A stretch of DNA of 62,941 nucleotides, filler included, from Asterionella formosa (lineage: Eukaryota): NCBI GenBank assembly GCA_002256025.1. It is 22 parts of 22 records of this genome, joined end to end, with 100 filler letters (N's around TTAATTAATTAA, not from the genome) between each part and the next. Parts side by side here need not be neighbours in the genome. Positions count along the whole stretch, not along the records: positions 46,628 to 47,791 come from NKIB01003956.1; positions 47,892 to 49,055 come from NKIB01003957.1; positions 49,156 to 50,319 come from NKIB01003959.1; positions 50,420 to 51,583 come from NKIB01003960.1; positions 51,684 to 52,846 come from NKIB01003961.1; positions 52,947 to 54,108 come from NKIB01003962.1; positions 54,209 to 55,370 come from NKIB01003963.1; positions 55,471 to 56,632 come from NKIB01003964.1; 14 more parts are not named here. One strand, given 5' to 3'. Numbering within the stretch: the stretch's first letter is position 1; the number at the start of each line of letters is the position of its first letter. Below the pieces are notes generated by a model. That model was not told where the DNA came from, did not search any database, and saw nothing but the letters and a program-made list of their open reading frames with translations. A program made the translations under genes and the position numbers. This document shows positions 47,619 through 60,706 of this stretch, one piece after another.

Positions 47619-50199
47619 ATGTCGTACGGAATGAGTTTTTTATCGCATGATTCTTTCCGGCTACCCGTATACTTCATTGTCCTGGACCCCCCAATGTACA
47701 CTGCCGTGACTGAATTTGACTGATTTTACTTAAGGGGGGCCCAGGACAATGAAGAGATTTCCCTTATAATGGACCTAAGTAAATTTCTTTANNNNNNNNN
47801 NNNNNNNNNNNNNNNNNNNNNNNNNNNNNNNNNNNTTAATTAATTAANNNNNNNNNNNNNNNNNNNNNNNNNNNNNNNNNNNNNNNNNNNNTGTCATGAT
47901 GCGTTGTGTTGGTCGAAAAAGAAAAAATATTTTAGCCACCGCATCGACCAAGACCAAATATGCTTTGGTCTTGGTCGAGGATGACCCCCTTATCGACCAA
48001 ATATCAGGTATTTGGTCGATTAGACTCCTACCGTAGCCAAATAAAAGGAGCATTTCTATTGGTTTAGATTGTGGCTCGCGCCGGCAACATAACGTCATCT
48101 GTTTAATTGATCCACAAACGCTTACAATACACATTTACCTTACTCTCTTGATGTAGACAAATAATAAACTTAGTACAAAAACCTTTGAATAGTTATACCG
48201 GCAGCTATCTATAAAATGTTGTCCTTCGAGTCTTTGACGATCCCAATAAGATATCGTCATCCATTGTCGTCAAAGTAGGATGCTACATGAGTAGGAACAA
48301 CAGGAGCAGAAGCAGGAGCAGCAGCCAACAAGGATGATTCATCGTCGGTTTCAGACAAGACCAAAGTTGGATTATTTTGGCGCTGTCAAGAGCGACAATC
48401 GATAGCGATGTGCGAGTTTTGTCAAGGCAGCATTGTTCCTCATGTACCGTGATGTGTCATCGTTGGCAGACTGCTGAATGTCCCTGGCTAGTATCGATAT
48501 CTCCTTCCCTTGCCTGCAGATCAACATTATGCTCAAGTTTGCTCAGCATTATGTGAAGTTATGATGCTATGGGTATATTGTGTGACAGTTCACAGTGACG
48601 ATGGTTGATCAATCAGCTGAAGAATTTAAAAAATGTATCCACGAGAATTGTGCAATGTAACGAAGGGTTTCACGCCAATAAAGAAGGCAATGTTGTTTAA
48701 TGGAACAAAATGAAGGAGGGATTAGGTGTGATCCAATTGCATCTCAATAATTCAAGTGCTTCCAGTACTCCACTGTCCCACCTGTAATCCACCACTGATG
48801 ATTTTGATGTAGTAGATGATTCCAAATGAAGGAAAAATAAAATAGATTACATGTCAATGCTAATATGATTGATTAGAAATCTAGGCTATCACTCTAGCTA
48901 ATTGGAAAAACGGAAGGGTTTTTCTATTCTAGAATACCAATATACAAATGCATAGTCATATTAGTTTTTGATGGGCAGTTTAGATAGGCGTAGTACTAGC
49001 TGCGTAAGAATAAGGAATTTACAGGAAACGTGGTGCTACTATTATTCAAAAAACTNNNNNNNNNNNNNNNNNNNNNNNNNNNNNNNNNNNNNNNNNNNNT
49101 TAATTAATTAANNNNNNNNNNNNNNNNNNNNNNNNNNNNNNNNNNNNNNNNNNNNCGGAAATTCATGCCTGCTGATCACATACCGGTAGACAAATTAAAT
49201 AAATATGCTGGTACTTTTTGGCATAATCATTTTCAATACTTTTCTGCTTGAATTTGATTTGGCTGGAACTCCTAATATAAAAATGAAACTCACTTGTAAC
49301 GCCCTTTTTTTAAAGGCCATAGAGTTACACGTGAAATTTTAATTTTATAGCATGGCCTGTTGACAAGTCTGTTTGCTGCCCTAGGTTTGTTAGTGTTGGT
49401 GATTCCCCTACCTCCTTTTGCAAAAGGTGATTGTCTTATGGCTGGATGCAATTTTTGGGGCCACCAAGTAGACCCTGTAGGCCTGCCTAGTATTAGCATA
49501 AACCCTAAACCTACTATTGTATATGATATTTTGCACCTGCCTGGATTGGCATGTTATAATCACATCCACCATGTTGTTATTATTCTGTTGCTTAACGCAA
49601 CAATAGACCATCCTCCCACACCGCTTCAAATAGCCTTCTTTTCGCCATGAGTAGCATTACTAGTAAACTCAGGAACCGGCATGCGATGACACAATTTGGA
49701 ATATATATGAACTATGCATTTTGTGTTGGGCATGCAGATCCACGCCTACATGAGCAATGGTTTCACATCACTCTTGAGCTTGATAGTGGGCAAGCTGGAG
49801 TTGAAACTGTACAGAAATGTCTTAAATATGGTCATATAGTAGTTGCAATGAAGAAACAACAATGATTTCACAGCCACCACCCATCGCTGCGCAATGGACT
49901 TCGATTGACAAGAGATCACAGATGCATGGCTGTGTACATCAAATTTATTCATATGAATTTTATTTATATAGATCATTTCTACTTCAGATAAAGATAAAAT
50001 TATGTTGTACTGGTAGCTACGATGGTTTCATGACGCATCCAGCCATACTACTAGCCACAGCGTCAGGGGAAACTCCTACTGCCTAGGAAGGTGGCACACT
50101 GTTTGTAGGGGGTGACCCTTTTTTTCTTGCACACCAGCAGGCAAGACCGCTCAGGATGATGAGGAGTGTGCGTTTCGAACTCAAAACTTCTTGCTTCTC

Positions 50200-50272
50200 A
50201 AAAAAATTGCGGGAATCGAACCACACAACTTGAAATCAAAGACAACGTGCCCAACCAACTGAGCCATTCCCC
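50200..50272 (-). mobile_element. tRNA-derived SINE-like head, copy 2
   Basis: Minus strand GGGGAATGGCTCAGTTGGTTGG...GGTTCGATTCCCGC followed by a T7 run (Pol III terminator-like); T-stem and acceptor stem do not pair properly. Confidence 0.6.
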
Positions 50273-50419
50273 TGGCACTCCTATAAAAGAGTGAAACCCA
50301 TTCCCCCAACAATCCCAAANNNNNNNNNNNNNNNNNNNNNNNNNNNNNNNNNNNNNNNNNNNNTTAATTAATTAANNNNNNNNNNNNNNNNNNNNNNNNN
50401 NNNNNNNNNNNNNNNNNNN

Positions 50420-51583
50420 ATTTCTTCAGTTGTACTTCCCAGTATTCTCCAAATTTGTCATGCTTGCGCATATATTCCACACCTAAGTGTTTTCGTACAG
50501 GACCTTGTTCCGTGATATTAAAATCCTCCTTGATCATATTTTTCATATAGTCGACTGCATTCCTGGTACCACAAATAATTCCATCATCCACGTAGTTTGC
50601 CAACAGCCCTTCAATTTGTCCATCGTTGTTACGGTAGATAAACAACATTGGATCTATTTCGCTTTTCGTTATACCTGTCTTGCTGGTGACGGATTTCGCA
50701 AATGTCTTAGACCAGCATCTTGGAGCTTGTACAATTCCATACATAGCCTTAATTAATTTGCAGATATGTATATTCTGATCGATCCCTGTCAATCCTTCTG
50801 GGGGCTCAATATAAATGTCTTCGTCGACGTCAGCATTTAAAAACGCTGCTTCAACATCGATTGCTTCCGCTATCCAACCATAGTACAAAGTAACAGCCAG
50901 AACAGTTTTTATTGTAGCATCACTTGCAACAGGAGCGAATGTTTCAGTAAAATCAACTCCCGGGATCTGTTCATATCCCTTTACAACCAACCGTGCCTTG
51001 TATACTGTCTTTCCGGTTATCACGTCCTCCTTAATACGGAAGACCCATCTTGTCTTAAGAGCTCTCTTGTTCACGTCATTTCTCTTAACTATTTTCCATA
51101 CTCCTCTTGCTTGGAAGTTTTCAAATTCTTTCTTTATAGCTTTCATCCACTCTTTGCGATCAGGTCTTACCATTGCCTCATTATAACTATTTGGTAAACC
51201 TGGGTCCGATGCAAGACTTGCATTGAATACGAAATTTACTTCAGTTTCCTTATTCGAAGAAGCTTCCTCCTCAATCACATTTGGTAGTGAAGTGTCTGAA
51301 GTGAATTTAACATTTTTAGTTGGATTATACGATGAGTCCAACTTCTTCATTTCTCGTTCCAACTTTGCCTGTTGCTTCAAAACATTTCTCTTTTCTAGGT
51401 CAGAAATTTCATCACTCCTTGAGGTAGATTTTCCTTTTTCAGTGTCTGCGGTTAAGTTATCCTTGTCGTCATCATCTTCCTTGTTGTCTGAACCTTCTGG
51501 TAGTAAATCTTCATTGTAGAAATCATCATCTAATCCATCATTATTGACTTCAGCTTCTGGTTGAACTGTTACTTTCTCTTTAG
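50420..51583 (-). mobile_element. Ty1/copia LTR retrotransposon pol fragment (RVT_2 reverse transcriptase)
   Basis: RWVFRIK...YKARLVVKGYEQIPGVDF.ETFAPV, IDVEAAFLNA, KAMYGIVQAPRCW and YVDD; the RT frame is intact up to the contig end. Confidence 0.96.
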
Positions 51584-51683
51584 NNNNNNNNNNNNNNNNN
51601 NNNNNNNNNNNNNNNNNNNNNNNNNNNTTAATTAATTAANNNNNNNNNNNNNNNNNNNNNNNNNNNNNNNNNNNNNNNNNNNN

Positions 51684-52659
51684 ACCCACACATTCATTGC
51701 ATATTAGAGGGGTTGATGACATTGGTCCCACAACCTTTGAGCGAGGATGCATGCAGATTCCTCCTGGATAATTTCCAATGACGCTTCTCGGTGAGTCGCT
51801 ATGATCTCCATTTGGCGTCGATTGGCTTGCATTTGTTTGACTTGTTGGAATGGCGTTTTCAGTGCCCCATGTAAAGCCGTCAAGGCTAAAGTCATCATCA
51901 CTCGAAGGTTCATCGAATCCCATAGAATGAAACGGAGGAGAATTCGGTAGGTCAACTTTGGTGATCATTGGTGTGACGTGGCTTTCTTCATCTTTTTCAC
52001 TATAAAGTGGTTGCTTCACCTTTGGTACGGCCTGTTTTTGCGAACGAGTCAGAGATGGATGGCGTATCTTGCCTTTTGTCGCAGCCATTTTTGGTTGTGA
52101 GATCACATCTTCGGCACCTTTTCCAGAGGTCTTGGCATAATCTCTTTTCTTGAGCCGGAGTTCTGAAGCCTTTTCTTCTCGGAACAGCTGAGCTGTCTTT
52201 TCTCTGGCCATGGCGTCACCGACATCGTCCCACATGCCAGATTTTTCGTTAAACTTCAAAAAGCGACCAGGAGGTTGTTGAGTTGTTCGCCAATCTCTAA
52301 CGATTTGATGAGCCACTGATCCCCTTTCTGGACGAATCGTGTTGTTGTAGCAAACAGTTTTGGCTTTCACAAGCGCACGATATCGCCTGTTTCCTGGATC
52401 TGAGAAATTGATTACAAAAGGTAGCAGGATAAGTACTAGAATTCCCAGAAATCAGTTCGAGGTACAAGGAGCTTATATCATTCTGCGGTTGAAGATACTT
52501 ACGATGGTTTGTTCCTCCTCCTCGTCCATACAAGACATCATTTGCATGAGGCGTCTGGATTCCTTTCTGTGACCAACAAAGGGGATTCATCTCGTCGCTG
52601 CTTTTCGTTATTGCTGGAAAAGAGGAAGCCTTATTTGCTACGGTATTGCAAACGTTCAT
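51684..52659 (-). CDS. DUF6824-type domain protein (3' partial); intron 52502-52400
   Basis: PHANDVLYGRGGGTNHH/PGNRRYR...PPGRFLK...WDDVGDAMAREKTAQLFRE; the GTAAGT...CAG intron restores the frame. Confidence 0.88.
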
Positions 52660-52946
52660 TTTGTTTAGACACACTCTATTCGTTCTGAGATTTGATATTG
52701 TTGTCGATTTGATACCTTGGCGACGTTTCACAAAAGTATACCGGGTATGTTGATCAGATTTGTTGTAGAAATCTCATGTAGTTTTTCAGCCATGCATGAA
52801 TAATTTGCGGGACAAAGCATTCATACTGTTTCAGTACCGCACTAGTNNNNNNNNNNNNNNNNNNNNNNNNNNNNNNNNNNNNNNNNNNNNTTAATTAATT
52901 AANNNNNNNNNNNNNNNNNNNNNNNNNNNNNNNNNNNNNNNNNNNN

Positions 52947-54108
52947 CCCCTTGTTGCCATCATTTAAAGCCAAGTTCCAAAGTGCTCCACAACCATATTC
53001 TTGGACATAAGGAAACTCTGGATGAATCTTCATTGCAGACACAATAGAAGTGATACCTCCTGCTTCAGCAATTGTCATCTGGTTGTCGCGATTCTCAGCC
53101 AACTTCATAAGTGCTGCACAACCAGAGTGTTGCACATTAGCATTGGGCAAATGATCCTTCATCGCAGACAGAATTGTAGGGATACCTCCTTCTGCAGAAA
53201 TCGTCACCTTGTTGTTGTCATTCTCAGCCAAGTTCCAAAGTGCTGCACAACCATAGTGTTGCACTTTATCATTGCCTAAATGAATCTCCATTGCAGATAC
53301 AATCATAGGGATACATCCTGCTTCAGCAATTAACACCCTGTTGTTGTCATTATTCATGGCCATGTTCCAAATTGCTCCACAACCATAATGTTGCACATCA
53401 GTATTGGAAGAGTGATTCTTCATCGCAGACCAGATCATAGTGATACCTCCTGCTTCAGCAATCGTCACCTTGTTGTTGTCATTATTATAAGCCAAGCTCA
53501 AAAGTGCTCCACAACCATAGTGTTGTACATAAACATTGGAGAAATGACTCTTCATTGCAGACAGAATCAAAGTTATACCTCCTTCTTCAGCAATCGTCAC
53601 CCTGTTCTTGTCACCTTTCACAGCCAAGTTCATAAGTGCTCCACAACCATAGTGTTGCACATAAGCATTGGATAAATGAGTCTTCATTGCAGACAGAATA
53701 AAAGTTATACCTCCTTCTTCAGCAATCGTCACCCTGTTCTTGTCATGATTGCCAGCCAAGCTGAAAAGTGCTCCACAACCATAGTGTTGTACATAAGCAT
53801 TCGATGAATGAGCCTCCATTGCAGACAGAATTGCAGTGATACATCCTGCTTTAGCAATTGCCACCTGGTTGGTGCCATTTACATCCAAGTTCATAAGTGC
53901 TGCACAACCATAGTGTTGCACATCAGCATGGGATCGAAGAGTCGTCATCGCAGACAGAATTGCAGTGATACCCCCTGCTTTAGCAATTGCAAGCCTGTTC
54001 TTGTCATTATTGAAAGCCAATTTCGCAAGCTCGAAGAGACTTTCTTTTTGAATATCAGCATACCGCTCATTCATTTTCATCTTTGAAATAATTGCAGCAA
54101 TCGGAGAC
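52947..54108 (-). CDS. Armadillo-repeat protein (partial), ~8 repeats of 42-43 aa
   Basis: Repeated unit IAEAGGIT.ILSAMK.H.SN..VQHYGCGAL.NLA...DN with high nucleotide identity between units. Confidence 0.93.
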
Positions 54109-56939
54109 NNNNNNNNNNNNNNNNNNNNNNNNNNNNNNNNNNNNNNNNNNNNTTAATTAATTAANNNNNNNNNNNNNNNNNNNNNNNNNNNNNNNNNNNN
54201 NNNNNNNNTGCTGCATCCACTTCCTCAAAAGAAGGATCTCAAGCAACACATGATGCGAAAAACTGCAGTGACAATACACCATGCGGCTAAGAAGGAGTGA
54301 ATGTTATGGAGAAGGGCGGAATCAACAAGCTGTGTATAGTATCACAGCATGATGTCAAGAGCATATGCCAGGATGATCAATTGTTGAGATTACAATTACA
54401 GAATGACTCGTCCCCTTTCAGTGATTCAATAGCTCCTTTTCGATTTGGTGACTGGCCAACCATCAATGGCTGTGAACAAAAGAAATCGGTAAGTGCTGCC
54501 TATCAGCCATCTTTGGATCAATCTACAAATGTTAGAAAAACTGACACATATTGTGTGTTGCTTCTTTCAGGATAATGGTAGACAAACAGTAATTGTAAGT
54601 TACAAACAGCAGTGTTGGAGCCCATTTATTGATCGATACTTTGCTTCTCATTCAATCTTCGACTGACACATTCTTCTACAGAAATATGCATCAGTTACCT
54701 CCTCAATTTGTGGTAAGTGAAGGCAGATAGAAGCGAAATGCATGTTGTTGTGTAACCAAAACATGAACAGCTAACAATGAATTGCTTCTCTTTGTTAGTA
54801 TGGCTGATTGGAACAACGAAACGGATTCAATAGTAATAGGAAAATGCGTGAATGCAAACTCAGAACCCTCAGGAGTAAATGGAACAAAGCAAGCAGGGTA
54901 ACAACGGCAAGGCAACCAGTACAACAACCTTCAGAATTGGATTGGGGGGAATGTGGAAGTGAAAGTGACAGCTGAAGCACCAATCATTGCGATGAGAGCA
55001 TTGTAGAACATTCTGTAGCCACTCAAGATATGATAGAATCATAGAACCATTCTTAGCTAAATATAGTTCTAAATATCGATCAATTTCATCCTACTATTTT
55101 AGACAGTGATATCGATGAGAATTACGATCATGCTAAGATAGATGTATGACAAAAGTATACACATCATATGACCATGTTTAACTAATTATATGATGCAATG
55201 GTATTATAACTATGATAGTCTCATCATACTTCAAGCTTGGTAAAAGTTTACTGCATGATCATAATTATATGATACATTGATCATATTTTTGATCGAAAAA
55301 CTATCATATATGTGAAAATCCTGTGCCACTTAGCGTACGATACCCTTGATCATATTTTCATGATTTTTTTNNNNNNNNNNNNNNNNNNNNNNNNNNNNNN
55401 NNNNNNNNNNNNNNTTAATTAATTAANNNNNNNNNNNNNNNNNNNNNNNNNNNNNNNNNNNNNNNNNNNNGCAATTCCCGCTCCAGCTATCGTCTTGCCA
55501 TTCGGGTACTTCTAAGTAATTTTTAGTCTCTAAGTAATTTCTTAAGTAATTTTTATTTAAGGGCAATATGGGGCACATCGAATTTTTCGGCAATAAAATT
55601 GCCGATTTTAGCATGATAACCAAAATAACGGTAATATGCATGGAGATGGTACAACAAGCGTAAAACACACGAGAATGATTGTAACATGCAACATCAATGA
55701 AAATTGAACATGATGTTTGGAGCAACCAAAGTATGAAATGCGATGTAATAAGTAGCATCAAATGAGAAATAGAAAAAATTGTTTTGGGTTAGAAATGAAA
55801 TAAAAAATAAGAGTTCCAATGGAGATGTATGCATTGTGAATCATTGTAGTACTTACACACCAGGCAACATTGACTTTCCATCACCACACAATCGAAGACC
55901 AAAAAAAGAAGGGAAAAGATCAACCCAATGTAGACCTGCATCGTTATTTAGCGTAAATGGTCTGGTTTCTGCAACCATGCACATCGCTGTAGTAGCCTGA
56001 CACCAGTAGCAGTATTTCCGCCACAGTCATTCCTCTCCGCTGCCCACCAAACAAGCAACCCTGATCATTCCATTCTGAGCAAGTGTGATCGCCACGCTGC
56101 TCCAGAACTATTGACTCTCTCTAGCTGAGTATTCGTCATGTAGCTTCTGATACGAACTCGTAGTAGAAATGTAGCAAAGCGCGTTAGTACAAGAAAAGCA
56201 TTGCTTGGTGGCAATATTGACATCATTGTCAACGACTATACAAATCAACAAATACGATCAACAACGGCACAATACCACATCTTCAATGAGTAGTCATTGA
56301 TAAATGCATTGGTTCTCATGTAGATATGTACAATGGAAACAAAACGACAGTGCGTAACGACAAACAACGATGGAAGCGATCAAAACAAACCACGGAAGCA
56401 ATCAAATCGGAAAGTCGATAAATACGATCTACAATCCACATTCAGTATTTCACTGTTGTACTCACCGATCCGCTTCAACTAGCATAACAAGCAGCAGATG
56501 ATGGTATAAAAGAAAGACGAACGTTGCCTATTGCAAGCCCGAATAGAGCAAAGGCAGGCAAGATAGAGTGAGAACTATATTTGTGAGGACGAAATCGGGC
56601 ATACGGTACGTAAAATCAATGAATATGTGAACNNNNNNNNNNNNNNNNNNNNNNNNNNNNNNNNNNNNNNNNNNNNTTAATTAATTAANNNNNNNNNNNN
56701 NNNNNNNNNNNNNNNNNNNNNNNNNNNNNNNNAAGAAGATGACAACAATGAAGGTGTGAGTGAGCATTATGATAGTCAGTTTACAATGATGGGCACTTTG
56801 GCATATGAAACTGGAAACAATGGTGTGCTTACCTGGGGAAGTTTGGAGGCAAATACAAAAACAACGAAAACAAACAAGGAGGACATGAGTAGTACAACTA
56901 TACAACTGTTGGTGGATGGCCCAAAGGTGCCACCATTGC

Positions 56940-57846
56940 TACCACCATTAGCAACAAACCCCAGATGCAAAATGCATTGATTGAAGCAACAGATGAGTAC
57001 ATGAATAAAATGCTAGACAGCAAAAATAACAACAAACGTACCTCCAAAGGAACAATTTCTTTGATCATTGATGCTGCCAAGGAAAGGAATGGAATACCTG
57101 CAAATTCTGCCACACCAAACAAGAAAGCAATTTATGAACAAGGATGGTATCCCCTGAACTATAATGTCTTGCTTCACCCTGAGATTCAACTAGTAACCCA
57201 ACCACGACACAACAGAACATCAATGCGCCCACAGAGAGGACTGCCACTCTTCCTCCTGATGAGTTAAACCTCCAAACTGGCTAACAAGTTTTGGAAATGC
57301 GAGGATGTGCGAAATGGAATCGACCGGGACGCCGCCCAAGCTAGTAGACAGAGAAGGGAGACAGCGGATTCACACATTGAGGGACACAAGAAGAGGATAA
57401 CAGCAGGACTTCTGGCCTCTGCACAAACCTTTACCCTTGGGCCAAATATTCTTGCTGTTACACTGGAACGGAAGCGAATTTCAGATATTGTCATTAGTAC
57501 AAAAGAAACCAAGCAAAAGGCAACAAGAATTCAATACACTTCGCGGAAAAGTACTTACATTGAAGGAATAGAACAGAACAAAACAAAAGAACAGATGTCT
57601 GTGCAAGAATTGAAATTAATGGTGCGTTGGTACAAACGATCAGGGGATTTGCCGGTTCCACAAACAAGGCAAGCTCTGATTACTACAAGATTCGACGATA
57701 CCAATCACCGTGGTGACCAGCAGCCGCCATTCCCTCTCCATGCACCTCCTATTGCTGTGGTTGTTGTTACTGCACCTCCTCCTGTTGCTATTCCCTCTCC
57801 TTCTACAACTGCTACTGCCGATCCACCATTCCGTGATGAAGTTTGA
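56940..57846 (+). pseudogene. Internally deleted DDE transposase remnant related to 3316-4200
   Basis: NKKAIYEQGWYPLNYNVLLHPEIQ aligns with KAVAAQGWGELSCNFLLHLEIQ of the first remnant. The catalytic core is absent and the frames are fragmented. Confidence 0.6.
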
Positions 57847-58899
57847 GACTCCGCAAGCAAGTAATTAGATGCAAAGAAGCTCGAGATTAATGTACTGNNN
57901 NNNNNNNNNNNNNNNNNNNNNNNNNNNNNNNNNNNNNNNNNTTAATTAATTAANNNNNNNNNNNNNNNNNNNNNNNNNNNNNNNNNNNNNNNNNNNNCCA
58001 CATCCTCCATCTTTCCTGTTGGTTCACTCATCAACTTGTTAATTGTTGAAAGCTTCTTCAAACACTACATTTTAGTACTTTCTGGACTCTCAATCATCAT
58101 TCTGCATACTTGTCACTCCTGATAGTACCACCAATAATAGTCAGGATGAGTCAAAACTCCTTTAAGAGAGTCGACTGGCTGATGTCATCCTCCTTAGTTT
58201 CAAAACCAGGCGACATTGCATTGTAATCTGCTGCGAGAACAGCCTGAGTATGATATAGTAAAAAAACTGGCAGGTCAGACTTCCCTCCTTCACCTGCTGT
58301 TTATGTGGTCCCATCACTCACACCTTCCCCTCCTTGTTCTACAGCAGCCACATTGTATCTGTAGTTTTGTGAACTTGCTAATTGTTGGCAACACCTTCAA
58401 ATACCACATTTGAGTAGTACTTGCTTGCTGGACTCAAATCGTTGTTATGCTAGTTACTTATCCTGATACCACCAAGAATAGTCAGGATTCAAAACTCCTT
58501 CAAGACAGACGACTGATGGCATCCATTGTAGTATGTTTGAAACTAGTAGTACACCCCCCCCAGCAACATTGTATCATGATCTGCTGTGCTGAGTACAGCA
58601 GCCAAAGTATTTTTCCAATCATAAACTGGCTCCTTCCTTCAGCTGATGTTGCTGTTTGTTTTCCTCCAATCACCGCTGCCACAACTTCTACAGCAGCTTT
58701 TGCATAATAACCTCATTAAAAATTGAAATTAAATCTTATAGTCCATTAAAGCTATCCAATAATCGCACTTGTTGTGACCACATTTTGAATGGAAACAATT
58801 AATACCGGTTTTATTTGCCTGTATGGTACAACTGGACCTGTCTTTTCATTAGCTGCATCCCCAGAACCCTAGGGACAACATGAAAAAGACAGGTGGACG

Positions 58900-58962
58900 A
58901 GAATGAAGGAATCAAACCCGCAACCGCAGAAGGTGTCGTGTTAACCACTACTAAGCAAGACA
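58900..58962 (-). other. Degenerate tRNA-like (A/B box) sequence
   Basis: Minus strand GCTTAGTAGTGGTTAACACG...GCGGGTTTGATTCC; no proper cloverleaf. Confidence 0.3.
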
Positions 58963-59293
58963 CTTCTAGAAATTTAAAAAACATATTTTGAAGATCACAG
59001 GCGGGTATTGTACAATATGTGGCACAGAATCTTTCGCCAAATGATAATTATTTCTTTATATGTATGATAAATCTATGATATAATTATATGATCATGTCAA
59101 GTATACTTATAATATACAAAACACACAAACTAAATATCAAGACATTATCCTATGATGTNNNNNNNNNNNNNNNNNNNNNNNNNNNNNNNNNNNNNNNNNN
59201 NNTTAATTAATTAANNNNNNNNNNNNNNNNNNNNNNNNNNNNNNNNNNNNNNNNNNNNCTGCTTCTTCTGGCGAACGTGTCCTGTTTAGGCAG

Positions 59294-60419
59294 GTGGGTG
59301 GTCAGTGGCAGGCGGAACTTCAGGCTGGCACAGGTACTACCACTACGCGCAAGCTCACCCTGCGTGTGGTGAGCTCCGGTGACATCGGGATGCTGCTTGC
59401 AGGTTTGCAGCGTCAAGACGTTTGGTCATGTAGATCTCGCATTCATATCATGGCTACTGCCCATCCTCCCTACACACCGTGTGTGTACTTGGGCAAGTGC
59501 GGTTTGTTAGGGGGCGCGCCTATGCAGAAAGTGCCAGCGCCCACTCCTGGGCCTGTGATTGACCTAGAGAAGGCATGCAGCCTATTAGAGAAAAAGCTAG
59601 CTGACCCAATGTTTCGATTGAGTGATTCAGAAAGCATTGCCCTGCTTACGTTGTGTGTTTCAGACGGAGCAGAGAATGCAAAGAAGATTGCAGGTAAGGA
59701 AGCAGTGATCGTGATTGGGAATACCGGAGCCGGTAAGAGCACATTTGTCAACTACTTGCTGGGCTGTGATATGATGGAGAAAGACGCCAAAGAGCTCGGT
59801 ATCAAGTGTTTACAGACATCAGTAGTCGTGGTGAGGTCAAAGTTGGAAGGTGGCCAACGCAATGAAGTCATGCCAATAGGCCATGATAAAACGTCTAAGA
59901 CGTTCATGCCCCAGATAGCAGCAGACCTCGGTTACCCTGTGCTAGCCTATTGCGACTGCCCTGGGTTTTTTGACAACAGAGGCCCTGAGATCAACATTGC
60001 AAATGCAGTCAACATCAAGCTTGCTTTGCAAGAAGCTAAGTGCGTGAAGGTGCTAATTCTGATCAGCTTCAAAAGCCTTGAAGCCGACCGTGGCCGCGGT
60101 CTTGCAGACATGCTGAATATATGTTTACAGCTGTTTGGGAGCAAGGCCAACCTAGAACGTTTCAAAGATGCCCTACTGCTGGGTGTTACACAAGCACCCA
60201 AGGAACAAGACTTAAATGCCCTTAGAGAATGGCTTATAGCTGGCACGGATGAGGTCTTTAAGGTATTTTCTAAGCGCTTGTTTTTGTATGACCCGCTGAA
60301 CCGTGGTGGATCAGACTTCTGGTTGCAGTACCAGTGCGCCACGAAGATTGCAGAGCTCATGGGCATTCCGCAATCTCGGTCAAAAACTATGTTTCAGACA
60401 GTACTGACAGCTGATGATT
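59294..60419 (+). CDS. P-loop GTPase domain protein (TRAFAC-like; partial, 5' part may be intronic)
   Basis: G1 VIVIGNTGAGKST, G2-like SKT, G3 YCDCPGFFDNRG; frame open to the contig end. Confidence 0.8.
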
Positions 60420-60519
60420 NNNNNNNNNNNNNNNNNNNNNNNNNNNNNNNNNNNNNNNNNNNNTTAATTAATTAANNNNNNNNNNNNNNNNNNNNNNNNN
60501 NNNNNNNNNNNNNNNNNNN

Positions 60520-60706
60520 CTTTCTTCTCGTTTACTTCCTCATCAGGCACTGCATCGTTCGAAGCAAACCGAATGGACGTGGCACAAGGAGCAAAATGTT
60601 TCAAAACTGAGTGCGATAACTGTTGATGAGTCAAGTTTTGAACTTTCGTTGCCTGGCGAAGACCTCTTGCTGCTGAGAGGCGAAGGAGTGGTCGAAGACT
60701 TGCCAT
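60520..60706 (-). CDS. N-terminus of a probable mitochondrion-targeted protein (truncated)
   Basis: ACCATGG start; Arg/Ser/Leu-rich, acid-free presequence ending IRFAS, followed by an acidic segment. Confidence 0.55.

Noticed and set aside
50200..50272. Functional tRNA genes at 476-536, 45181-45250, 50200-50272 and 58900-58962
   Set aside because: A/B boxes are present but acceptor and T stems do not pair; treated as SINE-like or pseudo-tRNA.
57255..57290. Other CTGATGA occurrences as hammerheads (e.g. ~8914, 23514, 39633, 57255, 60731)
   Set aside because: No stem II plus GAAA plus stem III arrangement follows.
58050..58530. Imperfect repeat pair (~58050-58200 and ~58395-58530) as a coding repeat
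   Set aside because: Too degenerate, with stops in the frames examined; cannot assign.
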